64,000 nucleotides of DNA. Source: the human T2T-CHM13v2.0 reference genome, Homo sapiens. Within the stretch, counting starts at the first letter, position 1. The number at the start of each line of letters is the position of its first letter. The translations under genes and the position numbers were made by a program. The notes beneath the pieces were generated by a model. That model was not told the origin of the DNA. It saw nothing but the letters and a program-made list of their open reading frames with translations, and made no database searches. Below, piece after piece: positions 52,508-64,000 of this stretch. Where the stretch lies: NCBI RefSeq assembly GCF_009914755.1, contig NC_060938.1; one strand, given 5' to 3'.

Positions 52508-53032
52508 TGTGATACCCTACCTTGTTTTAACCTGAGTGACTGTCTCCTAGCAGAGAGCTGGACAGACTCCATTTTAGTTTCTTCACGTGCAGCCCCCTTT
52601 ACCTCCCTCCCTTAAGGGCATAACTAGTGTAAACTGACTCAAAGCACGTCCAGGAATCACTTACTGATAAGATATTGAGGCAAGCTGCACCAGCAGCTCC
52701 TAGGTATGTGCTCAGTGAATGGCACCCAAAACCCCTGCATTTCTCTCTTTGTGATAGTTTAAGCCCCTGCACCTGGAACTGTTTATTTTGTTTGGCAACT
52801 GCTTTTGTAACCAATTAATTTTTTAACTTTTTGCCAGCTCTGCTTCAGTAAAAATTGCTTCAGCCAAACTCTCCCCTCCCCTATTTAGACCACGGTATAA
52901 AAACAAAACCAGCCCCTTCCTCAGGGCTGAGAGAATTTTGAGCGTTAGGTGCCTCTCGGTCGCCGGCTAATAAAGGACTCCTTAATTTGTCTCAAAGTGT
53001 GCCGTTCCTCTATAACTCGCTTGGTTACAACA
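52508..53032 (+). mobile_element. LTR6-like (HERVS71/HERV-T group) solo LTR
   Basis: tgtgataccctaccttgttttaacctga ... tataaaa ~52896, aataaa ~52969 ... ggttacaaca; 4-bp TSD gtcc at 52504-52507 and 53033-53036. Confidence 0.82.
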
Positions 53033-54799
53033 GTCCACACTGTGGTCTGAGGCGCATCAGCCACCTGAGCTTCATCTGTTAGGTATGTCAGGGAAGATAA
53101 GTAGGGTGAGAGTAGCCTCATCAAAAGACCCCAGATCTCTGGCTTCCCCATCTGGCAAGTGCACCTCTGTGAACAAAGGCTTCAGAGCCAGATGACAAGA
53201 ACGGCCCAAGCAGTCCACCAGGCAAACCTGGGCCCAGTGTACATCAATGCAGAGCATCAAGCACGGTGTAACAGGTGCACAGTTGCCTATTCCTGTTCAG
53301 AGATGACTGCATCCCACACACTGTAAAATGAGGAAATGCAGAGAAGCAGATGTAACTGAAGAAGACAGCAGGAGCAACAAGGAGGGACAACTACGACCTA
53401 GGAGGGCACCATGCCAGAGAGGCCTGGACCCCACGCTAGGCTCAGTGCCTGTTATACTCTTGGGACCCAGCGCTTTCCTTCTCCATCACGTGGCACACTT
53501 GGCATTATTTGTTGTTTAAAATATTGTCCTTAGTTTTCACCTTTCCTAGGAGACACAGGCAGACCCTACGACACTACAGCTGGCATACAGTATGTACATC
53601 ACAAACATCTGCTAAGTTCACACACTCGTGCCTTCTCAAACCTTCTTGTCAAGTTTTCAGTGAAAAATAATTGCTGATTGAGCAAGAATTAAACTTCTAG
53701 AGACTCCTGGATCCACTGAAGTTTGAGACAAGGTGAGATTTGTTTACTGCCATATTCCTAGCTCATAGCATACTGTAGTCACTTAAAAAATGTTTGTTGA
53801 ATAGGTGAGTGAATTAATTCAAATGTCATACTTAGCTGTATATTTTCTGAGTAAAATTGATAAATGTAATAGTTTAATTCTAGTATAATTTTACTTTACC
53901 TATTCAATGAACCTGACAATTCAACTAGGTGCCAGGCACACCGCTGCTGAAGAAAAAGAGGTATAAGATATGACTTCTGTCTACAAGAAAGCCACAGTCT
54001 AAAAAGTAGAAACATATGAACAAATTATAACAATAAATAGGCTAAATTCAAAATCAGAGGGGTTTGTTTCTATTTTAAACAGCTCTAGTCAGGAAGTTTT
54101 AGAAAGTTCTAAACAGGAAATGTTCCAACACACCATCTAAGCATGAAAAAGAAGACACCCATAATTGAATTTGCTGCCACCAACCCAACAGTAAGAATTC
54201 CATTCCTGCTGCTGCGAAGTAAGTGTCACTCTGATTTTATTATTGCTGTGTAACCCAGTTTTAGACTCTCTGGTTGTCACTTAATGTTCTAAAAAAGTAT
54301 TAAAGAGAAAATATTATTATGGTGATACACCCATCCACTGCAGCCATCTCAACATCACACCAATTATAAGGCCTATCATTTAAAAAGAAAACTGTTAGTT
54401 TAACTTATTTATCCAAATATCAGTATTACACAAACATATTTGCCATCAGACTTTGGATTTATGGGTTAAATAGCATATAAATATGATTAGAGCCTTAAAG
54501 TTTATACTTTTCTGGTTCGCTCAAATGTTTTTCAAAATAGCATATGCTTTTCTAAACAATTGTTAGTATATTTTTTAAAATGAACATTAAAATGTATATT
54601 TTCCAAAAACAAAATACAGCTCCCATTGGTAAGTGATGATATTGAGATACAACAGGCAACTTCTCTTGGGAACAATTTAATCAGTGCTCACTTTTACACC
54701 CTTTTCAGAAATGTCAATGGCTTTAAAATATAGAAGTATATTATACAAATAAACTTACACTTATTCAGTATTGTGCAATATTTAGTACTTGTTCTAGCT

Positions 54800-55340
54800 G
54801 TCTCTTGCTGAATAGTAAGCCATTCCAAATCTTAAGGAATTATTTATTGTTTAATATTGTTTATTGTTATTATTTGTTTAGTAATTTTAATGACATTATT
54901 TCTCATGGTTTTGTGGGTTGATGGGCACTACAAAATTATCTTTTGGAGTCTTTCTTGCAGTTGCAGTTGGTTGGCTGCTGCTGAAGTCACCTGAAAACTC
55001 AGCTAGGCTAAAGAGCCTAGACAGGTCACTCACATGGCTGGCAGTGCATATTGGCTGCTGAGTGTGATGCCTATCTGTCCTCTCCATGTTACCTGGAGTC
55101 CTCACAATGTGGTAGTTGGTCCCAAGACACACAGGCAATTACTACAAAGCTTCTTATGACCTGACCTTGGAGGTCCTAGAATTTGACCTCTGCTGCATCC
55201 TACTGGTAAAGCAAGTCATTGTGACCAGCACAGATTCCAGAAATGGGAGAGTAGACTCTACCTGTCAAGGTAAAGAGCAGCATGTGCATGCAGGGAGGAA
55301 AGAAATTGAGGGCATCATCTTGAAGACTATCATATCACAC
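54800..55340 (-). mobile_element. Ancient MLT1 (MaLR) LTR
   Basis: cactcacatggctggcagt..tctgctgcatcctactggtaaagcaagtca..ggcatcatcttgaagactatc motifs. Confidence 0.65.
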
Positions 55341-55545
55341 CACTATTCCAGCTAATGAACATTATGTTTTAGATGGGTAGTACTAGCTACTCATGTCTCC
55401 CCCAGAAACCCAAGCTAGGCATGGACATATTGAAGACTATCATATCACACCATTATTTCAACTAATGAACATTATGTTTTAGATGGGTAGTACTAGCTAC
55501 TCATCTCTCCCCCAGAAACCCAAGCTAGGCATTTACATACTGAAA
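55321..55545. repeat. 110-bp tandem duplication (2 copies)
   Basis: tgaagactatcatatcacacc..ccagaaacccaagctaggcat starts at 55321 and 55431. Confidence 0.93.
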
Positions 55546-56147
55546 AGAATGTCAGTACCATTAAAAAACTCTAGAAAAATTACATGTGATGACTGAGGTT
55601 AAATCACTCTGTCAATTACATCAATATAATTCCCTTCTTGTAACCCTAAATATGGTGAAACAGAATTGAATTCTACAAAAGTCTTTCATCTGTTTTCCTA
55701 TGGAATAATTAACAAACCAAATAAATGTATAAATAGTATGAAGTCCAATTTATCTTAGATTTGTACCTCTTAATTTCAAAGCTTATAGAAATCCAGAGAA
55801 CTAATCATCATAATCCATAATGCCTAGACCAGAAGTCCTTATTCTAAGAGTATCCTGTGGCATGCTAAAAATGTATTACTAACTAGGAAATTTAAAACTT
55901 CTTTGTTAGCGATTTTAAGAGAGCTGACTAGCTCATCAGCACAATTCATACAGATTAAGAATGGAAGTTAATCTGCTGAGTGGATTCATAGTGATCAGAA
56001 AAAAAATCACAAAAGAGGAAAAGAGATAGAGAAGGGGAAACATACTGTCAATCCCTACAATGAAAGTGATTTTTCGAATGGTTTGATTTTGTATTTGCAA
56101 AGGAAAGGCAGCTTATTGTGATAGAATAAGAATCCCACTTCTGTATC

Positions 56148-56432
56148 TTTTTTTTTTTTTTTTGAGACAGAGTCTCGCTGTCGCTCACGCTGGAGTGCAG
56201 TGGTGCGATCTTGGCTCACTGCAAGCTCTGCCTCCCCAATTCACGCTATCTCCTGCCTCAGCCTCCTGAGTAGCTGGGACTACAGGCGCCCTCCACCACG
56301 CCCAGCTAATTTTTTGTAGAGACAGATTTTCACCGTGTTAGACAGGACAGTCTCGATCTACTGACCTTGTGATCCGCCCACCCCGGCCTCCCAAAGTGCT
56401 GTGATTACAGGCTTGAGCCACTGTGCCCAGCT
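56148..56432 (-). mobile_element. AluY/Sc-like element
   Basis: T-tail followed by gagacagagtctcgctgtcgc..gcaagctctgcctcc. Confidence 0.94.
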
Positions 56433-57292
56433 CGTCTTCTTTTGAGAAGTGTCTTCTTATGTCCCTTGTCAATGTTTTAATGGGTTATTTTCTTAATGTT
56501 CAACATGACTAATCATCAGAGAAATGCAAATCAATATGAGATACCATCTCACATTAGTCAGAATGGCTACTGTTAATAAGTGAAAAAAGAACAAATTCTG
56601 GCTGCACTTCAGAGAAAATGAAATGCTTCTACACTATTGGTGAGAATGTAAATTAGTTCAGCCACTGTGAAAAGCAGTTTGGAGATTTTTCAAAGAATTT
56701 AAAACAGAAGTACCATTCAACCAGCAATTCCATTACTGAGTATATATCCAAAAGAAAATTTAAAATTCTACAAAAAGAAACCCCACACGCACTTGTATAT
56801 TCGTCATATTGCTATTCACAATAGGGAAGGCATGCAATTAACTTATCTGTGAATCAATAAATTGGATAGAAATATGTACTACATATACACCATAAAATAC
56901 TATGCACACATTACAAAGAATACAGTCATGTCCTGTGCAGCAACATGCATACGTCTGGAGGCCATTATCCTAGGGAAATTAATACAGGAACAGAAAACCA
57001 AATACCACATGTTCTTGCCTACAAGTAGAATCTAAACATGGGGTACTCATGAATATAAAGACGACAACAATAGACACTGAGAACTACTAGATGAAGGAGG
57101 GAAGGAGGAGGGCAGGGGGTGAGAAACTATGGGTGCTATGCTTACTGCCTAGGTGATGGGATCAATTATATTCCACAATATATGCTCACTACCTTGGTGA
57201 TAGGATCAATAATATTTCAGATAGCTCAGCATCACACAATATATCCATGTAACAAACCTGCAAATATACTCCCTGAATCTAAAAAATTTAAG
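56433..57292 (+). mobile_element. L1PB/L1MA 3' end with a short 5' inversion (56433-~56495)
   Basis: Antisense tcttcttttgagaagtgtc..ttttaatggg abuts sense aatgttcaacatgactaatcatcagagaaatgcaaatc. Confidence 0.8.
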
Positions 57293-57294
57293 GC

Positions 57295-60200
57295 AGAGAC
57301 AGAGTAAGAGGGCAGAAGAGAAGCCTACACTCTCATCCCCCACACAAAAACACCAAATTTTCACAACTCACTACATTCAAGAAGCACTGTCAAAGGGACC
57401 AAAAATTGGGTGAGCAATCACAGTACCTGGTATTAACTTCATATCACTGAAAGAGACACTGGAGAAAACGAAAAAATAAATGATGATCTAGAAGCACGGA
57501 TGCCACTTCTTTTCCAACCACCAGTAGTGGCTACATGGTACAGAGATAGTATGTTTGGGAGAGGGAGAGCATAGTTTGTGAGGCTTTGCAATAAACTCAG
57601 TACTACCCCGTCACAGTGAAAAGCAGAACCAGACTGTACTCAGCTGACATCTGCCAATGGAGGGAGCATTTGTATTGGCCCTAGCAAGAGGAAAATCTCC
57701 CATCCTAGTGTTGGGAGCTTGAGTTTTTGCAAGTCTTGCCATCATGAGTTGACATGCTATTGGACTCTAAGAGAACTTAAGGGGCAGTCTAGGCCACAAG
57801 GACTTCAATTATTACCCAAGTCATACTTCTAGCTGGGCTCAGAGCCAGTGGAAAGTGGAGGGTGGGGAGTATGCGGTCTACTGAGACAGCAGCCGAAGCA
57901 GCTAAGGGAGTGCTCACAACACCACTCCCCCACCACCCACCCAGCAGCAATCACACAACACAGAGAAACCTGTGAATTTGGGAGATGGAGAGCACAGGGA
58001 CTGGAGGACTTTACATTAAACTCAGTGCTGCCATGTCAGTAAAGACCTGGCAGAATTCTCACCTGCTGACTAAAGAACCACTGTACCCAGAATAAAAAAC
58101 AGTGACAACCAGGTAATACACCATGGGCATTGGGCTCTGAGAAGTGCTAACTTCAGGTGAGACCCAGTGCATTTCTAGCCGGGGTAGCTATGGTGAAAGA
58201 CTTCTGTTTGAGAAAAGCAGGGGGGAAAGTAAAGGGAACTCTGCATTGCGCCTGATATACCAGCTCAACCACAGTGGGATAGAGCACCAAGCAGATTCTT
58301 AGAGTCCCTGACTCTAGGCCTAGGGTCTTGGTCAGCATTTCTGCACTTGCCCTGGGCCAAAGGTCGAGTCCCTGGCATTGCAGTATTTATCACAAGCTAA
58401 CTAAAGAGTCCTTGGGCTTTAAGTGAGAAAGTGATGATTTTGTGGAACCCTCCCATGGGCCAGTAGTGGTGGTAGTCATAGAAAAGGCTCTTCTGCCTGC
58501 AGACAGGGGAAGGAAGAGTAGAAAATAATTTGTCTTATTCCTTAAGTGTCAGGTTAGCTACAGTAAAATAGAAGAGCAGGTAAATTTTGAAGATTTTATG
58601 CTTTAATCTGTGGCTCCCAGGTAGCATCTGTGGAACCATTCATGTCTAGGGGAACTTGTCACCCTATAGGCAGAGACACAAACCTGGCTGGCTTTGCCAC
58701 CTATTAATCACAGAGTCCTAGGGCTTTGAAGAAACTTATATGGTAGCCAAGTAGTGGTTACAGTGGGCCTTGGGTTAGACCAAGTTCTGTGCCTACTTCA
58801 GGTACAAACCAGCACAGTCTCAGTGGTTGTGGCCACAGGGGTGCTTATGTTACCCCAACCCCAGCTCCACATGTCTCAGCACAGAAAGAGAGACTGCTGA
58901 TTTGAGAGAAAGTAAGGGAAGAGAACAAGAGTCTCTACTTGATAAATCAAGAGAATTTTTCTTGATGTTAATCCAAGGCCACCAAGACATTACCTCTACG
59001 TGTTTGCATAAACTACTGTGTTATTGGGTTTGGGACCCAAGTTTCTTTGAATACCTGGAAAGTGTTCCCAAAGATAATGGGCACAAACAAGCCCAGACTG
59101 TGAAGACTAAAATAAAGACTGAACTCTTCAATGCCCAGATATAGACGAACATCTACAAGTATCAAGGACATCCAGGAAAACATGACCTCACCAAACAAGC
59201 TAAATAAAGCACCAGGGACAAATCCTGGAAAAACAGAGGTATGTGACCTTTCATACAGGAAATCCAAAATAGCTGGTTGAGGTAATTCAAAGAAATGCAA
59301 TATAACACAGAGAAGGAATTCAAAATTCTATCAGATAAATTTAACAATGAGATTGAAATAAAAAGAATAAAGCAGAAATTCTGAAGTTAAAATGATATTG
59401 TCATACTTGAGAATGGATCAGAATTACTTTAAAGAATTGATCAAGGAGAAGATAGATTTAGTGAACTTGAAGTCAGACTATTTAAAAATACAAAGTCAGA
59501 GGACACAAAAAAGAATGAAAAATAAAGCATGCCTACAGAATCTAAAAAATAGCCTCAAAATAGCAAACCTAAGAGTTATTGGCCTTAAAGAGGAGGTAGA
59601 AAAAGAGATGAGTTGAACATTTATTTAAATAAATAATATTAAATAATATTAAACAATTCCTCAACATTTGATGTCAACATTCGAGTAACAGAAAGTTACA
59701 AAACATAAAGCAGATTTAACCCAAAGAAGACCACCTCAAGGCACTTAACTGAACTCCCAAAAGTTAAGGATAAAGAAATGATTCTAAAAGCATCCAGAGA
59801 AGAGAAACAAATAACATTCAGTAGAACTCCAATACATCTGACAGCAGACTTTTCAGGGGAAAATTTACAGGCTGGGAGACTGGCATGACATATTAAAAAA
59901 GCTGAAGAAAAAAAGACTTTTACTTTAGAATAATGTATCTGGCAAATATGTCCTTTAAACTTGACGGAGAAATAAGAATTTTCCCGACAAACAAAAACTG
60001 AGGGATTTCATTAACACCAGACCTGTACTACAGGAAATGCTAAAGGGATTTCTAGACCTAAAAGAAAAAAGTTAGTGAGCAATAAGAAATCATCTGAAGG
60101 TACAGAACGCACTAACAATAGCACATGGAAAAACACTGAATATTATAACATGGTAATTATGGGGTGCAAAAATCTCAAATAGAAAGAGTAAATAATAAAC

Positions 60201-62871
60201 CAGTGAAAATAATAACTACAACATATTTCCAAGACATAGACAGTAACATAGGGAATGAAGAGAAACAACAAAAAGGTTAAAAGAATGGCAATAAAGTATA
60301 GAGATTTTGTTAGTTGTTTTGCTTGTTTCTTTGTTGATGCAATCAGTGTTAAATTGTCCACAGTCTAAAATCATGTATTATATTATTTTCAAGCCTCATG
60401 GTAATTTCAAATCAAAAAGTGTACCACAGACATACAAAAAGTAAAAAGCAAGAAATTAGATTATAATACAAGAGAAATCACCTTCACTAAAAGGAAGACA
60501 GGAAGAAAGGAAAGAAGGAAGAGAGGACAAAAATCAATCAGAAAACAAATAACAAAATGGCAGGAGTAAGGGCTTATCAATAATAACTTTGAATGTAAAT
60601 GAACTAAATACTCCAGTCAAAAGAAAAATAGTGGATGAATGGATAGAGAAGCAGGACAATAATCTCTGACCTACAAAAAACATACTTCACCTATAAAGAT
60701 ACATTTAGACTGAAAATAAAAGGATGGAAAAAGTTATTCTATGCCAATAGAAACCAAAAAAGAGCAAAAATAGCTATACTTATGCCAGACAAAAATAGAT
60801 TTCAACAAAAGACTGTAGGAAGAGATTAAAAAGGTCATTATATAATAATAAAGAGATCAATTCATCAAGAGGATATAATAATTGAACATATATATGCACC
60901 CAACACTAAAGCACCTAGATAAATATACCAAATATTATAAGAGCTAAAGAAAGAGACCTCGATACAATAATGGCAGGACACTTCAACACCCTACTTTAGT
61001 CATTGGATAGACCTTCCAAACAGAAAATCAAAAAAGAAACATCAGACTTAATCTGCACTACAGAACAAATGAACCTAATAGATATTTACAGAAAATTTCA
61101 TCCAACAGCTGCAGAATATACATTCTTCTCCTCAGCACATAGGTAATTCTCAAGGATAGACCATATGTTAAGTAACAAGTCTAAAGACATTCCAAAAAAT
61201 TGAAGTAATATCGAACATTTTCTCTGACTACAGGGAATAAAACGATAAATCAATTAAAAAAGGAATTTCAGAAACTATACAAACACAAGGACATTAAACA
61301 ATATGCTCCTGAATGATTAGTAGGTCGATAAAAAAGTTAAGAAGAAAATAGAAAAATTTCTTGAAACAATTGATAATGGAAACATAGCATAGCAAAACCT
61401 ATGGAATATAGTAAAAGAGGTACTATTATAAAAGGAAAATTTATAACTGTAAGTGCCGATATAAAAAACAGAAAAGCTTCAAATAAATAACCTAACAATG
61501 CATCTTAATTAACTAGAATAAAAAGGCCAAACCAAATCCAAAATTAGAAGAAAAGAAATAATAAAGATTAGAGCAGAAGTAAATAAAGTTAAAATGAAGA
61601 AAACGATGCAAAAGACTAATAAAAAGAAGTTGATTTTTTGAAAAGTAAATCAATTGACAAATATTTAGACAGGCTAACTAAAAAACAGAGAGATACAAAT
61701 TAGTAAAATCAGAGGTGAAAAAGTAGACATTAGAAGTAATGCTTCAGAAAATCAAAGGATCATTGTGGTTACTTTCAGCAATTGTGTGCCAAGAAATTAG
61801 AAATCTTACAGGAAATTAATTCTCAGACAAACACAACTTACCAAGATTGAACCAGGAAAAAATCTAAAACCTGAACAGACCAATAATAATTAGCAAAATT
61901 AAAGCCTTAATAAAAAAAGTCTGTAGGACCAGACTTAAAAATAGAAAAGGAAAAAACATTTCCAAACCCATTCTTTGAGGCTAGTATTACCCTGATATCA
62001 AAACCAGAAAAAGACACATTAAAAAAGCAAACTACAGGCCCATATCTGAGAGTATTGATGCAAAAATTTGCAAAAAACCTAGCAAACTGAATTAAACAAC
62101 ACATAAACAGGTAATTCATAATGACCAAGTGGGATTTATCCCAGGGATGCAAGGATGGTTCAACATGCAAATCAAACAATGTGATACATCACAAAAACAG
62201 AATGAAGGGGCCAGGCACAGTGGCTCACTCCTGTAATCCCAGCACTTTGGGAAGCTGGGGTGGGCAGATCACCCGATTTCAAGAGTTCTAAACCAGTATG
62301 GCCAACATGGCAAAACCCTGTCTCTACTAAAGATACAAAAATTAACCAGGCACGGTGGTGGGTGCCTGTAATCCCAGCTACTCGGGAGGCTGAAGCAGGA
62401 GAATCACTTGAACCCAGGAGACAGAGGTTTCAGTGAGCTGAGATCACGCCATTGCACTCCAGCCTGGGTGACAGAGGGAGACTTCATCTCAAAAAAAAAA
62501 AGGACAAAATCCATATAATCATTTCAATTATACTAAAAAAAATTGATAAAATTTAATATTCTTTAATAATAAAAAACCCTTTGAAAACTGGGTATGGAAT
62601 GAACATACCTCAACATGATAAAAGTCATATATGAGAGACCCACAGCTAGTATCATACTAAGTGGGGAAAAACTAAAATCCTTTCCTCTAAAATCTGGAAG
62701 ATGACAAGAATGTCCACTTTTACCACTGTTATTCAGCATAATTCTGAAAGTCCTATCTGGAGCAACCATACAAGAGAAAGCAATAAAAGGTATCCCAATT
62801 GGAAAAGAAGTCAAATTGTCTTTTTTTGCCAATGATATAATCTTATATTGGCAAAAACATAAAGACTCCTC
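57295..62871 (+). mobile_element. Old L1M element: 5'UTR, ORF1, ORF2 endonuclease and start of RT, degenerate
   Basis: Endonuclease-type motifs (ataataactttgaatgtaaatgaactaaat; atatatatgcacccaacac; ctcaaggatagaccatatgtta); RT motif gaatgtccacttttaccactgttattcagcata. Confidence 0.9.
62209..62500 (+). mobile_element. AluS inserted in L1
   Basis: ggccaggcacagtggctcactcctgtaatcccagc ... A tail. Confidence 0.95.
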
Positions 62872-64000
62872 TGATAGGGTTTGAATGTGTGTCCCCTCCC
62901 AAATCTCATATTTAAATGTAATTCTTAATGTTGGAGGTGGGCCTGGTGAAAGGTGATTTAATCATTGGGGTGGATTACTCATAAATGGCTTAGCACCATC
63001 CCATTTGGTACTATCCTCATAACAGTGAGTTCCTATAAGATCTGGTTATTTAAAAGTGTGTAACAACTTGTACCTCTGTTTTTCACTCCTGCTTTTTGCT
63101 GTGTGATGTGCAAGATTCTGCTTCAACTTCTGCCATGACTGTAAACTTCCACAGGCCACCCCAGAAGCATATGCCAGTGCTATGTCTTCTCTAAAGCCTG
63201 TAGAACCAGGAGCCACTTAAACCTCCTTTTTTAAAAATAAATTATCCTGTCCCACTCTTATAGTGATGCAAAAATAGCTTAATACTTAAAATTGGCACCA
63301 AGGAGTGGTAAATTGTTATAAAAATACTTGAAAGTGTGGAATCAGCTTTGTAATTGGGTAAATAGGCAGAGGTTGGAAGAGTTTGTAGGATTCAGAAGAA
63401 GACAGAAAAATGAGTGAAAGTTAAGATTTTCTTAGAGACTGGTTGAATGGCTGTGAGCAAAATGCTGATAGTGATTTGGACAGTGAAGTCTGGGCTGAAG
63501 AGGTCTCAGATGAAAATTAGAAACTAATTAGGACTGAAACAAAGGTCACACATGTTGTCTTAGCAAAGTGGTTGGCTGAATTTCTGTCATGCCCTAGGCA
63601 TATATAAAAGTTTGAATTTGAAATTGAAGATTTATGGTTTCTGTTGGAAAAATGTCTAAACAGCAAAGCATTTGAGATGTGGCCTGGCTGCTGCTTCTAA
63701 CAACCTATGCTCACGTGTTCTAGCAAAAACAAAAAAGGTTGCAACTTAAACTTACAAGGGAAGCATAGTGTAAAAGATGGAAAACTTTGCAGCCTAGTCA
63801 TGTGGCTGAAGAATAAAAAGTTTTTATAAGAGAGGAACTCAAGCAGGCTATGGAGCAACTAATTGTTAGAGATATTTGTATAACCTAAGAAAAAGCAAGT
63901 GTTGATAGCCAAGACAATGGGAAAGAGGAACTGAAGGCATTTTAGAAATCTAAAAGGCAGCCCCCCATCATAGGCCCTGAAGCCTAAAAGAAGAGAATAG
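62872..64000 (+). mobile_element. MaLR MSTA-type LTR (62872-~63286) plus internal sequence running off the window
   Basis: tgatagggtttgaatgtgtgtcccctcccaaatctcata..; internal aaataggcagaggttggaagagtttg..tcagaagaagacag..gaggtctcagatgaaaattag. Confidence 0.88.

Overview
Primate (human-like) genomic DNA with no intact protein-coding gene that I can support. The window reads as a pericentromeric/acrocentric-type segmental-duplication paralog of the 4q35 FSHD-proximal block. In order it contains: an unprocessed CLUH pseudogene (~0.2-2.0 kb); an orphan KRAB-ZNF-type promoter/first exon cut by a HERV-W LTR17 fragment; about four ACRO1-like ~140-bp monomers with ZNF143/THAP11-type motifs; a deleted ERV1 provirus (MER66-like, His-tRNA PBS) whose 3' LTR hosts a HERV-K LTR5 and an Alu; head-to-head beta-satellite blocks; a homogeneous 97-bp hairpin-containing tandem array grown inside an L1MA tail; processed AGGF1 (-) and RARRES2 (+) pseudogenes; and a 5'-truncated, stop-riddled DUX4-like/D4Z4 unit fused to a 5S rDNA repeat remnant. 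The last 26 kb is almost all nested L1, LTR and Alu sequence. FRG2, expected between RARRES2P and the DUX4c-like unit at 4q35, is absent. Family names come from recalled consensus sequences, not database searches, and element boundaries are approximate unless a TSD is given. The best candidates for something undescribed are the 97-bp fold-back array, the D4Z4-5S rDNA chimera, and a homeodomain-less DUX4 C-terminal ORF with a mutation-derived AATAAA. None is shown to be functional.
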